A stretch of DNA of 61,935 bases, filler included, from Sphacelaria rigidula (lineage: Eukaryota): NCBI GenBank assembly GCA_964200075.2. It is 4 parts of 4 records of this genome, joined end to end, with 100 filler letters (N's around TTAATTAATTAA, not from the genome) between each part and the next. Parts side by side here need not be neighbours in the genome. Positions count along the whole stretch, not along the records: positions 31,020 to 46,427 come from CAXNAA020001762.1; 3 more parts are not named here. One strand, written 5' to 3'. This document shows, in pieces, positions 31,020-44,014 of this stretch. The notes beneath the pieces were generated by a model. The model searched no databases. It saw only the letters and a program-made list of their open reading frames with translations, and was not told where the DNA came from. Made by a program: the position numbers and the translations under genes. Numbering within the stretch: position 1 is the stretch's first letter; each line of letters starts with the position of its first letter.

Positions 31020-32498
31020 GAGTTGAGTTTGATCGGGTCCGGCTCGGTCGGCGAGGGGGGGGGTGCTTACCGATGATACGCACGCACAACAGGCAAAAGC
31101 CGAAAATCACGATCAACAGCAGCAGACTGAAGATGGACAAGGTTCAAACTCTGTATCGGATAAAAAACAATCTTCTCCAATATGAAGACGCCGAAAAAAA
31201 AAACGCTCCTCAGTTGAACACACAGGGATATTTCCAACACCACTACACGAACCCGTTTCATACTCGACTACCATTTGTTTGATATCCTACACCTCAACTA
31301 TTTCGAACCCCCCGAAGTACCACCAAGATACTCTAGCTCACAAAAAAAAACGCGCAACAACTCTCCAAAATTTGCGCTTCATATGTACCGCATGTAGCGG
31401 CCACTGAACACCCGTACGCTAAATACCATTTCCAGAGAGAGTAACCCTCCGGTGATACGGTTTCAAATATCTCGGGCGCCATACTGGTGCCTACTGCACT
31501 TTGTCGGGCTACGCAGTATACCATTCCCGGATACCACCCCCGGGTGATATATCCTGAGGTTTCAAGACATCACCCACAGTTGTTTTACTGTTTCACACAC
31601 CGTACTTCCCCTCCATCCCCATTCTCAACTTGTTCCGAACGGCCGTTGTTTGCCCTTGTGGCGACTCCATTGACCTCCACTTGATGTATTCCTCAATGCC
31701 CCAAGTTTCTCGAAGAGTTCAATCTCCAAGTAATAGATACGAAGCGGACACCCAAGTCATCATCCGATCCCACCATACTTTCAAATGGGCTTCACGGGTT
31801 GGAGGGACGGGGTGGGGCAGTGGTACACAAATATTCCTTCAAATATCGTCTAACCTTTTGCTCATTTGGATCGATCAAACTTTGCGCGTGCCATACCCCG
31901 CCGTTCAACAGGAACTACTTGTAAAATGGAATACAGACCCAATCTCGTTCGTGATACGCTGTCCGTCCGTCAGACGGCTTGTCTGTGCGTTCGCCTATCG
32001 CTTTTGAGAAACACACACTGACACACAGCCCACAGACCCAGAACTCTCGAATTCCAATGAAAATAACTAACGACAACAAAACGTCACCAAATTCAGTACA
32101 AAGCACATATATGATCGTGCGATCCGTGTTTCGTTTTTGTTCTCTACCCACAGGTATCAGAAGCAAGTAGTCGGTGAGAGAGCCTCGAGAAACACACATC
32201 ATCACCACCACCGTTCACAAGCGCATCTTTGGTGTAGAACAAGCGTGAATTTGCTTCCCCGCAGCTTTCAACACGGCCCCTTTTCGCCCTTGTGCACAAG
32301 TTTCATGTTGGGTAAGCAACGACTGGTGGGGGTGGTGACTACGATGGCACTCTGTACGCAAGTAGCCTGTCTGCCGGGCTCTCTGTCAGTCCGCCCGTTC
32401 GTCCTTCTGTCTGGCACACTATGTTTGTTTCATGATGCAGTAGCCACCATTTTTCTCGAAAAAATGGGACACGCGACACGTGCGTTTTGCTGCCCAGT

Positions 32499-32657
32499 CT
32501 ACGAAGAAGAGGCAACCGCGACGGGCCGTGCTTGTGCCGTCTTGCCAGCTGCTGCTTGTGCCGCGTTCTCCACGTTGTGAATGAAATCGATGGCGTTCTT
32601 CGTCGACACCCGATCCGCAATCATCACGGGGACCCCGTTCGACACGATGTGGTTTAC
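32499..32657 (-). CDS. START-domain protein terminal exon
   Basis: VNHIVSNGVPVMIADRVSTKNAIDFIHNVENAAQAAAGKTAQARPVAVASSS*. Confidence 0.82.
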   Translation of the reverse strand, partial: VNHIVSNGVPVMIADRVSTKNAIDFIHNVENAAQAAAGKTAQARPVAVASSS

Positions 32658-35600
32658 CTGATAACCACGGCGAATATAATCGAAAAACAAATTGGTAAGT
32701 GGGGTGTACTCATGATCATGCATGCCATAGCCATTGGCAGGTGGGGGAAGGGACGAAAGGGAAAAGCGGGGCGACAGGGTGACGAAAAAAATAAAACGAC
32801 AATTTTTTTTCCACACGATGGATGAAAATTTATGCACAACCTTTATTATATATACGCTGGTGTATTTGTAGTCAAGAGCATTGCTCGATTACTGGATGAC
32901 TTCAGCTTTGATCCTGCCGGAGCGCTAGAGCAGATAATTAAGTTTTCAGCGAGTTCATCATATCAAGTATAAAAGAATTGTAAAGAGGGTACAAACCACG
33001 CTGCGCATAAGGCTATGTACCGACGCACTGAGTAGATGCAAGTGTGAATGCAGGTGTCGGAACGTGGCGTACGGAGGTGTCGGATTGTCCGTTTTTTCGT
33101 GTAGGAAGAAACGTGTAAAGCGATGTGAGTGGGACTGTTCATGCAGGTGTCGGAACGACCGGATCTGAAAACTGTCTTGTGTGAGTATTGTGTGTATGGA
33201 CGAACGAAAGCGGAGCACTTCGCACACGCCTCCACATCGAAAGATCTTCACTCGAAACGGGGCGGGGGCGAAGAATGCTCAGATCCCAACCCTATATCTG
33301 CCAAGGGACTGAGTAACTATTCAAAGTTGTAATGACGCACGAGAACGCAGCATTTTGCCAACCCCGTCCTATCGACTTTCACTCGACGTTCACTCGAAAC
33401 CAGAGGGGGGCAAAGAATGATCGGCAAGGTAGTGAATGTATCGACAACTGCGAATGTTCGGAGGTGTCAGAAAGTCCGTTTTCCTAACGAAATCAATTGA
33501 ATGATACACTCAAAGTCCATAATACGTGGTCTCAGTTCCTGCTTTTTACATCCACGTCTGCTCATCGTTCATACCCGCACTGCTTTTTTGAACCATCCAC
33601 TGCTTTTTCCATATACAACTTAATGCATGTTGGAATAAGTTTGTTGGTCACTACTACGGTGGCGTATAGTTAGTGAAGGCTCGACGTCACTACTCTATTT
33701 TTTGGGCGACGGAACGTTCTTTAGCTTGAAAAAAAACGCATCGATAAGGATGTCCCGTAGGACAAAAAAATCATAATAAATTATGCCTTAATATCCATGT
33801 CACTCTTGGGCCGAATCAGGAGCTCGTTTGCCCGAGGTACCCCTCTTCACATAATCATATCTCGAGCTTGCGCACGATGATTCAAAATCTGAATGGAACG
33901 TTCGAACCGTCTGGTTCACGGCTGTCTATTGGAACTGATTTTAAGGTTTGATGCTCAAAAATGGGTTGGAAAGACCTTTTCCCCCCCCCCCCCCCCCCTC
34001 CCGTAGAAATGTAGTGCTCGTTTTCGACGTGCGCGACCGCAGCTTGTGTTTGCTTTCTGTATATGCGACCGGCACCTGACGAAAGCTACACTTCTCAGGT
34101 TTTACTTGATATATCCAGGTTATTTATGTATGGTGGCGATGGTGTCCACAGTTGGTTTGACGATTCCTCTCAGGCATTGACTTCTATTAACAATACGCCA
34201 CCGTAGTAGGGCTTGGTAAGCTTCACACCCTCCTCTCGACAAAAGCCGCGCGGGACCGGAGCGAAGCGAAGCGAAGGTCCCGAGCGGCTTGCATGTTCAA
34301 CATGCCAATCCGAACGTTTACGGCTTGGTTTGGATGCAACGCACTTCTGACGTCAAGGTCCGAAAGCCCTCACAGTCAAAGGGCAAACAATAACAAGAAG
34401 GAATCATGACGAATCATAGTTTTCATTAACTCAAGTGGGAAGGAAAAAACGCTGAGAGTATGTCGTGTATGTACTATAAATACGTGAAAACTGTACAAAT
34501 ATCAATAAGAACGAAGAAAATGAGAGACTTGACGAAAAAAACAGTTTCGGTCGAGCAGACGAAAGGAAAGACTATGATGGAAATTATTCAGTAGTTGCTT
34601 TCGGAAAGGTTTCGTATTGCATGTTTTTAGACATCCTCTCACACGTCTGTGCTGCACAACCATGGACCGTCAGGCTGCAGCCCCGCCTAGAGGTGAACAC
34701 AGGTCCGTTATTACATATTTTGACACGACAATAGTTGTCATTTTACACGAGCACGTGCACATGAGCACCTGGATAAAAACTAGTGCTGCAGAACCCGTGA
34801 CCGGTGTTGACCCACAGGTCAAGTTCACGTATGTCTTCGCTGGGCCGTTTCACGCAGGTACACGCTGGCAGCCATCACAGCAGCGCCATATATGCAACCA
34901 ACTTACAAGAGAGTACCATCCTCGCTTTTTTCGCCGTCTTGGCACGTTTGGGGGAGTGCTAACCCACATAAAACGTACATTTTACATTTCACGCGCGTCA
35001 CACCGCCCGCACTCATTACTCCAATGTCTGCAATGCTGGTGCTTGTGCTGTGCCGCACGTGCAAACTGTCGAAACGAACAACTGAGTCGAGCACAAATGG
35101 GCTCCACCCTCACCAGCCACCCCACAGGCGCAACCAGCAATATCTTCACGAATGTAGCGATGATGCGGACAAATCCTACCGACTTTCCGTCTCGACATCC
35201 TCTCCATCGTGTCGCTTATCTACTGTGGTGCATGGAAGAATATAGAAAGCTCTCACCGTCGTCATTTCCGTGCGGGAAGGGTCGCCCTCGGCCGGCTTGA
35301 GTATGGTCACTCCAAGAAGGATCTCGCTTCGTACGTGGCCGTCAAGCAACGGCGCCTGCGGAAATGTACGAAACGCGTGTTTTGTTAGTGCATCGCATAA
35401 CCGGATTCCATTTTCTTGAGAGGGGTAAGTCATTGAACTATTAATCGTACAAAATATACCGCATGGAGGGAGCGCCTACCTGTTCAACTTTTGCACATTA
35501 ACTTCCGAGTACCATCCTATTGGCTGGTTTTGGCCGTTTTTTTTACCTGGGGAACGAATTGAGTGCACAAACAGTATATATATATATATATATATATGTA

Positions 35601-38600
35601 CAAGGTTCCCCTTCGGGAGGTTGGTACTGGCCTCCGGGGATGACGCGAGTCGAAAATATATCAGTGTTCTTGTCTTTCCGTATTATGAAGGCATTTGTGT
35701 AGGAGAATATGTACCTTCCAGTGGAAACCGTCGTATGACGCAGTTTCGACTGTCTCAGACCAAAAGTTGAGACGATCACCGGGAGAGGGGTGCCGACACT
35801 TCTAGCATGAAGAGCTCGCTTCACGGGCGGTGTGCGGAGGTGGAAAAAGCACCATCACGAACGAGACGCGTTACAGCACACATCGCAAGTGATTGCTACT
35901 GGAAAAAGGTCGCGTCCCGGTAGTACACGGTGAACTTGTGCAGGGTTCTCTACATGCCGGCCCCATCTTGCACGCACGGATTTCAAATCACACTTGTATA
36001 CAGTATATATGTATGACACTGCTTGCTCTCTGTGTGTACGTGGTGTACCACCCCTTGCTCCGCCACATCTAGTACAGCCGTCAGTCTTGCAGCCAAGCGT
36101 GCTTTTGCCCTTTGTGGCGCACGCAGGAGAAAATAGGCCGCCTATGCCGCTTCAATTCCTGCCTTTATCTTGAGCGGAGCTGTATGGTAACACAGCCGCT
36201 ATGGCGCGCAAGCCGGCTGTAACAACTCATATCGCGTGGAGATTTCTACACCGTTTTGAAGTGATACTACGCGCAGTTCCCACTACGAGTATTGCGCCCG
36301 TCGCAGTACGCAATAGCTTCCATACTGTGCACACTACATTATTTCAAATTGTAAACTGACTGTAGAAAAGCTCTTGTTTAGGGTGTAATACATTTTTCCA
36401 CACGTATTAGGCGGTGAGATCGTGAAAGAATCCACAGCACATGGCCGAAGTGGAAGTGAGGCTATCATGAAATATTCACGTGCAAAGCCTGTGCGGCCGG
36501 GCTCTAAGTTGATAACGCTAAAAAAAGACAGTGCAACGGCCATCTCGGCTGCCGGCTTGTTTGTACGGCCATCCCGGAAGTGACGAGACTATCTACATCG
36601 AGATGTCGCCTCCAGTGCCAGGTGCGCCAGCAGGGGTCCGTGGCATTACCCACTGGTCGCGCGACAGGAGCTCAAACTTCGACTGTCGGGATGTTTGAAG
36701 CGAAAATGTTCAGCTCCCAACCCTCACATACATAGCGGACGATACACGATACTTGTTTGCTGGGTTTCTTCGAAAGTTCATCCATCACTGGGCGAAAATA
36801 GATCATGAGGCCGGCAGGATCCGACGCAGCCTGCGTGCTCAACTGTCAATGTACCCACTGTGGCCGTCATCGGACAGCAGCGTGTTGAAGAAATAAAACC
36901 CCACGAACCGTTTAACAAGCCAAGACGAGCACGTATTTGATAAAAAAAAAATATACTTTTTCGCACATGACTTTTCCAGAATCGATCATCTATTTCGCGT
37001 ATGGATGCCAGAAGAAAAATATTTCCCCCAACAATTCGATAAAAACAACACGAAACGGCAGGAATCGGGAACTCAAGAAGCTCACATCTGGATGTTCGGT
37101 TGCTCTTGTGATGAGCATGAAGGCGCCATCCTCCAGAGCTTCCATGTGCATCAGCGTGCAGAAGTCGTGAAGTTTCTTGGACAGAGGTGGTTGCGCCTTA
37201 TTCCATACTATCTTGGTGTGGGGTCCTAGGTGTTCTATATCGGTACGGCCTTTGCTGTACCTGTTTTATCGCGTCACATGACCGTAAAAGGGAGAGAGGC
37301 GGGACGAATGTTTGATGAGATCATGGCGACCAATAACCGAGTAAAGTGAACTGGGGCGGGGCAGGACAGAGGGTGGGTGGGTGGGTGGGTGGGGGGGGGG
37401 GGGGGGGAAGGGGGATTCGAAGCAAAAGTATAACATGGGTAGGATGACACTCGTGACATGATCCTTGATATAATCAAAGACACGCATTAATTCCTTGGTA
37501 AAGTTCATCAAATGAGGAATTCCGACCGAAATATGTTCGTAGGGGTAACGGTACAAATATATTTTCTCATGGAGGGATCAAACGACTTCCGAGGACAATG
37601 CAATTGACTCACATACTGTCCACAAAATCTGCTTGAAAAGAGTGTGGGCGACTGAACGCAGCAGGGGGAGGAAAAAAAAAAGAAGAGGAATGTAGATACA
37701 CGGGGGGACAACAAGCAACGAAATCCCACCACACATATGTACGATATCTCCGCTTCCCCCCGCTCAAGAAACAACGTACTCAGCTGTTATACTCTGTTCT
37801 ACAACGCGAAGTGTAGTTGACCATGACACACACCATTCCCGGCACTCATCATGATGCATGGTTCGATGTAACACACAATATTTGACCGCCAAATCCAATA
37901 GATATCGACTCTTCGGCTGAGGCACATTTCGGATATTTTCCGCGGGAGTACTCGTGCAGGAATCTGCGGGAATGATCAACAGGTCATACAAAAGTAGCTG
38001 GGTGAACTGATATTTCTTTACAGCCCTTTTCTCCGGTGCGGCACGGTCTCCAGGCAACTCCCAACACTCAGCCGCTTCACTGTTTTATACCGCTCCATCA
38101 GTTTGATATTTCTGACTCTCGGTCAACTCGTAGCTACCTCTTGAAAACAGTGTTTTTGCTCCAAGTTCCGCACAGCTTAATCTCAACACTTGGATCACTT
38201 TTAGTTGTAGGTATCCAACTACATCTGGTAGTCTTGTTACTGTGATTTAGCGTCAACACGTTGCCCTCGAGCGTCCGCTGAATTTGGGCTTGAATAAAAG
38301 AATAGTTTGCGGTGTAATTTTTTACTAATATGCCACCCTTTGCCTGTAGTGGAAATAGATGAAGTTCAGACCATGAACAAGGACGGGACGAAATGAACAC
38401 CCAGCTACCCGATGCCAATACGACGAAAATAGAAATTACCGTGCATGAGGCTTCAGCTCAAGATTGACCAAACACGTGGTGCGGCATATTGAACGACAAG
38501 CAGGGTCTGCTACTGGGATTTCGGAATCACGATAGGCACTGAGAAATTCGATGTTTTTCTGCACCTGTTGTACTCTAGCACGCGGGTGGAGTCAACTATC

Positions 38601-38767
38601 ATCCCCATCACTTCTTCCGCCGATCCCGTTATGACTCCTCGGGCTTTGACGCACGGGTACTGATATCCGTATTCGTCCTTTGGGAAGTACTTCTTCCAGA
38701 CGGTTACCCCGTCTCGCTGGGCAGCCTCCGCCCAGCCCGGCGTGCCGAGTGCTCTATCGGCACTCTC
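32499..38767 (-). CDS. START (StAR-related lipid transfer) domain protein, last four exons; 5' end unresolved
   Basis: Exons 38767-38565, 37260-37086, 35355-35257, 32657-32499 splice in frame (GT-AG): GWAEAAQRDGVTVWKK..PCVKARGVITGSAEEVMGMIVDSTRVLEYNRYSKGRTDIEHLGPHTKIVWNKAQPPLSKKLHDFCTLMH..RATEHPDAPLLDGHVRSEILLGVTILKP..TEMTTVNHIVSNGVPVMIAD.., a typical START fold pattern. Confidence 0.85.
33624..34297 (+). mobile_element. Non-autonomous element with asymmetric subterminal IRs and 3' hairpin (Helentron/rolling-circle-like)
   Basis: IR CTACTACGGTGGCGTAT(A/T)GTTA at 33651-33672 and 34188-34209; 15-bp stem hairpin 34243-34290; TGCATGTT direct repeat at 33624-31 and 34290-97. Confidence 0.55.
35257..35355 (-). 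CDS. START-domain protein exon
   Basis: APLLDGHVRSEILLGVTILKPAEGDPSRTEMTT; CAG/GTGAG. Confidence 0.85.
37086..37260 (-). CDS. START-domain protein exon
   Basis: YSKGRTDIEHLGPHTKIVWNKAQPPLSKKLHDFCTLMHMEALEDGAFMLITRATEHPD; CAG/GTGAG. Confidence 0.88.
38565..38767 (-). CDS. START-domain protein exon
   Basis: ESADRALGTPGWAEAAQRDGVTVWKKYFPKDEYGYQYPCVKARGVITGSAEEVMGMIVDSTRVLEYN(R). Confidence 0.88.
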
Positions 38768-41749
38768 CTGTCGGGAGACGAAGCAAGTACCAAGCAAGGA
38801 CACCAATCGTGCATACGTATGAGTCAGTTATTAGTCCAGACACGTCGGCATTGTCAACGTGCGAATGATAAAACATTGGGACGAATCGAGGGGTGGTACG
38901 TCCCTCTGTTTCTGCAAACATGCCTCGTACCCCAACTCCCTGTTTTTTTGCCGTACACAGGTATTCTACACGGTGGCGAGTACCATGGAAGCACTTTGAA
39001 TGCCTCTGCAACAGCTGCAGACTTGACCCAGCGCACACATACTGGTTGTTGAGGAGCTGGGTTTTTTTTGTCCAAGGTACTGGTCCGTAGAAAACCACCC
39101 GAATTTCCTCGGCCGACGTTTGTGCTGCATGCACACAAAGTAGACCCAGACAAGCAACAACATGTGAATACGCCTCAGGATGCAGCGAACGAAATGGCGC
39201 GGCTTCTTGCTTAGAGTCGGACCGTGGTGCTGCGCTGGCGTCGTGCGTAACAGAAGGTCAAAGTGTCAAGGATATCGTGGGGGGGGAATATCTGAGAGCG
39301 AACCACAACTATTTTGGGGTAGTGTTTTCGTACGTGTCCGGAATGCCCATGCACTTGTTCGTTCACCTTGGGTATAAGTTTCTCGTGGGGCCATGGCTGG
39401 ATCCCCGAGGGATCACGTCATGTGCGACAATCAATAACACACCAACGCACTACAAACAGAAGCGTGTATTCAGCGTAGAGCCAAGGGAGAGGCGGAGAGC
39501 AAAGTTCTCAGCATACACAAAATTGATGAGACACACTGAGACGAGGTGAGAGAGGTCGAGCCCTGCACAGTATCGCCTGCAGCCGGGGAGCGCAATTTCC
39601 TCGTCGCAACCCTACCATATACCTTGGGTGTCAGAACCTTCTCGCTTTCGCCGGATTTCCCAGCTATTTTCACAAAAGTGTTGTTGAAAAGCTTTCTGAG
39701 GTCGCCGGTCTCTGGGCATTATTTCTTCCGCTCAGTTCCACCGGTTGCTTGAGTTCCCGGGCCATGCCCCACATTTTCGAAACATTTTCACGTTTGCTCC
39801 ATTCCCCAGGCTCAAGGTCCTCTGTTTGCCTACTACTTCGACTCGGTCCTTAACTCGATTCCACCCGTCCTTGGGTTTCCTGACCATTCAAGCAGCTTTC
39901 TGGGGTTCCACGTTGCCGGAAATGGCCGTGAACCTCAAGAAGTGTGAAAACCGACAGAAGTTAGATGCTGTCGAGCATTGATCACCTCGAGGTTCCCTCG
40001 TTCGAAATGTCGTTCTACTCGAGTAGATACGGAAAAGGACGGACGAAATGGACCAACTGTGCGTTATGAGTTCTTCGTGGGGCAGCCTGAAAGATGCTTT
40101 TGGAAATGCACCACGTTTGCTCCATCCCCGACTCTGTTTTCACGAGTAGAGGGAAGGTTGTACCCACGTTCCTGGAGAACAACGCGGGGGTCGTCTGTGA
40201 CCGGTTCTTTCGGTTTCTTCCCTATTTCACCAGTGTTTTTGGAGTCCCCGTCCGCCGATCATCAGTCACAAACCACAAGGAACCGGTGAAACCGAGCGAG
40301 ATTTCAAAAGTGAAAATCACGGACGACCTCAGGCTTCCTCTGAGAAAAACAGATGTGAACCTTCACCTCCCAACTCTTTCAAAAACGCCGTGGTCAATAA
40401 AAAGAGTCCGAGGACTTCAAGACGCTGTGAGAACTGCATGCGGACGAGGCGCTGTGATCATTAACGAATGGCGGCAGAACGCGTCTTGGTGTACTGGGAA
40501 GAGTTACTGTTTCTGTGGTTGGGAAGTGGCAACGATTTCTAGAAGCGCTACCGACATACTGCATTGTGATTGCTCACAATGTATGCATGCCTTGATGGCT
40601 TGGCGCTTGGTGAGAAATGCAGGGTAGCGGCCATCTTCTTTAGCTTCTCGAGGTGACGAGGTGCAGCACTATGTCGTAATCGATGGTTGTGTTGTCCATG
40701 TGCGGATGCTGGATATGTCACACTACGGCCGCATGTTCTCTAGCGATAAACCTGCGGGTCCTTACGGTGGTACGAGGATCACGTCCGTGAAGCACACGAA
40801 GTGAACGGGCATGGGGCATACTTGAACGTTCTGGAGGTGCCAGCGGTTTCAGATCTCACACCCACTACATATCGAGGGATGTGTGCGGTGTTCCCGAATC
40901 ATGCTGGTGATGTCGGGCACGGACAATAGCCCTTCGCGTCGCGCAAGCACGCGTCTTACTCAAGTGATCACTGCGCGCAGCGCGTCAAGACAGGAGCCAT
41001 CTTCGGGTGTGGTGCAGGGCGCTCGGGCTACAGATAGCGGTGGTCGGGATGTTGGTTCCCGGATGTGCACGCTGCGCCAGCGTCTGACGCACCGGCGCGG
41101 GGCAGCCGCTTGTATAATAGAGGGCGGGAAGGTGATGCAACATGTGTGTCTGTCCTACGGGACAGGCACGAGAGCGCGTCCGCTGAGAGTACATTGGGAG
41201 GAGATGGTTGGCCTGCTGCTAGTAATGCGAGAGCCCTCTCGAAGAATGTGTCAGTCTGAGGGGACAGCCACGAGGGCGCTAAAGACAGTACAGCTGCAGC
41301 TGTTGCCGTCAAGGAGCGGGCCGTGCAAGGGGTAGCAGCTGATGCAAGTATGATCTGCTTCCGCTGCTATTGAGCGGGCACAGCCTAATTGGGCCGACGT
41401 GCAATCGCTGAGAGGCGAAGACCCCAGTTGCATGCTGCCCGAAAAGCATCTAGCTGAGGACACGCCTTGTATGCTCGGAGCTGCAGGGGGTGTTATATGC
41501 GTGATGCGAGCGAACAGAGGGAGCTTGGGGCTTGCCGTGCTCACAGCGAATCCATCTGCTCCAGTGTTGACACGGTAGATCACTCAATTGATTCGCAATG
41601 ATTTTCACTTGTAGGAGAGGCGGATGCCAGGTTTGCGGATGTTGACTCGTTGGACGGACCTTCGGGCGATGATGATCGGGTAGCGGGGATGGCACCTCAC
41701 GTGCTCGAAGCTGCAGGGGAGTGATCCACGTGAAGCGGGCGGGCGAAGC

Positions 41750-43400
41750 CAGCGTCACGCTTGGTGGTGCTGTTAGCGATCACAATTGCTACGGCGACGT
41801 AGGGGTTATGCGTCGTTGAAGTAGTCGTTGCATTGCGGGTTGGAGGACTGGACCGAAGACATTACCTGGGGCGCTTGATGTTGTGGTGAGCGCGGGGTTA
41901 GGTGGTGGTTGTGGGGCAAGTGCTGGTGTGATTGAGTCCATGCTGAGGATGAGGAAACACATGGCCGCTATCTGTGAAACATTATTGAGGATGATCGCAG
42001 CTTCTTCTCGTGTGGTTTATGGTTATGTTTGCGCACAAGGCATGACCGTTGAGCGAGTATGATCATATCGTGTGTGCGGGGTAAAATGCTGGTGTACACG
42101 TGGATGTACGGAATCTGGGTATTGCGCTGCTCTGTTTGGCATGCATGATGCACGGTGGTATCTGCGAGGAAGGTCGCTTTGTATATGCACGGTGAACGTT
42201 TCTCCACACTCTGTTACCGATGCATGGTGGTTCGCGAAGCGTAAAGTGCGACGGTTTTCAATATCGTGCGCTATGATGGATGCGGTGAAGTTCGTATGTT
42301 TCTGTCGGCACAGAAACGCAGCGGATTTGTCTCAATGCAGTTTGCCCGTCTGACTGGAGGGAAATACTAATTGCTGCTAGTAGCGTGGATATGAGCGAAC
42401 GATGCGAAATGTGTAAGCTCGTATATGAGCAGGTACGACGCGCGTGTTGATTTCAGTTGACAATGAAGAAATGGTGCGCCCATGCGCCCGTCATCTTTGA
42501 CCTTAGAATAGCCCTGATTGAATATCGGGGATGTGGACGAGCACGTGGATGATGTGTTTGTCTGAATGGAGCAGTGCAGGTGAGCCGCAAGCCCAATGAT
42601 AAATGAATCGCGTTTATATTTCCGTTGATAGGCGGATGAAATGTTACGATCGTGGATCCAGATAAGAGTTTTGTCTGTACTTCTGGTATGTACTCGATAA
42701 ATTGAGGTCAAAGCTCACACCACTACTGCGAGTGGTCAACGATGGAGGAGTTCGCGGTCCGTTTGCTGTTGTTGGGTTGGTATGCACAGCTCCAATAGCG
42801 GTTCGAGTCATGGCCTCCTCTTTTTTTGTCTCCACCGATTGATTGGCATGATGAGGCTTCGAAGGTTTCACGAAGGAGAGGCGTCCAATGTATACGTTTT
42901 GGTGGAGTTGAACAAGCAAGAGGCTAAGTGTATTTTTGTAGTGTTGGATACTCATTGTACTCGAGTTCAAGGATGATGGATCGATTGGCTATTGCATTCT
43001 TCCGTCGCGCAGGTGTTGAACGTATGAACTCGAACGTATGAACGCGCATCCTGGATCTTGAAAAGCACTCTACTTCGAAAGAGAGAGGAATATTCACGAA
43101 TGCTTTGGATTTGACGCTCGTTGACGTTTGACGTTTTCTTCGCCGCTTGGGAGTCGAGACTTGTTCCGGGGAAAGATTTGGGAATTTGGCGCCAGCTATC
43201 GCTCCGTGACTCGAAGTGGTTCAAGTCTTGGACTATCGAACGAGTGCATATTGATGATGGACATTATAAATCTCTCGGGAGTTTTTCGGGGATTGGACGA
43301 GTTTGTATGGAGCTGATATCGCATACAGCGACAGGGATTGCCATTCGATGTGGGAAATGACTGTGGTACAGGGCATGATCTCTGAGTTTGTCAAGCTCTC
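41750..43400 (-). mobile_element. Highly degenerate Mutator-like (MULE) transposase remnant with SWIM finger
   Basis: Across frameshifts: LIWIHDR (SDR-like, ~42645-42666), YHWAC/AAHL (CxxH, ~42578-42603), then FTVHI..SC-x-CQTEQRNTQIP(Y)IH (SWIM CxC..IPCxH, ~42100-42200), in MULE order. Boundaries approximate. Confidence 0.5.
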
Positions 43401-44014
43401 GTTTGACTCCTTGTCGGTCGTAAGCGGACTTTGTGGGTGCTGTAGACACTGGTCACCACCGTTACTTAGGTTAGGTGCACGGACGTAATCGGGACAGTAT
43501 GATGTAGGCATGTTGAGGCTGGTCGATGGGTCGCAGGAGTGCGGGTCTGATCGGTACACTCCGAGTGTGTTTGATCTTGATCATCACTCTGTGGGCGGAG
43601 TAGCTGGGATGCTGCTCCCAGGTATGATGAACAGCTTGGGTTAAGCCCACGTGACCATCATGGGATGAGTCCTCCTAGCTGACTAGCCTCAAGCGACAGA
43701 ACTCTACAGTCCTGTAAAATCCGACGGGGAATGCCCCTCAATATGTCGGGAATTCCTCGGTAAAGACGGCACGAGAATCCGCTCCCATCGTCGAAAGAAA
43801 GGGGACACGACAGTAACCTCTTCACTCCGGTCTCGCGGTTTTTTTTCCCCCATGACAGGTCCTAGTGGAATTGGCATGTTTCGGAACTTGTTTTGTTGAT
43901 AGCTCATCTCTTGGACGAAGCACATAACGAGAACAGACGAATATATACAGATAAAAGCGTTCGGCGGCCAACGCCCCCACGCTGCGCGGATCGACAGGCA
44001 AGGTACATGCCAAC

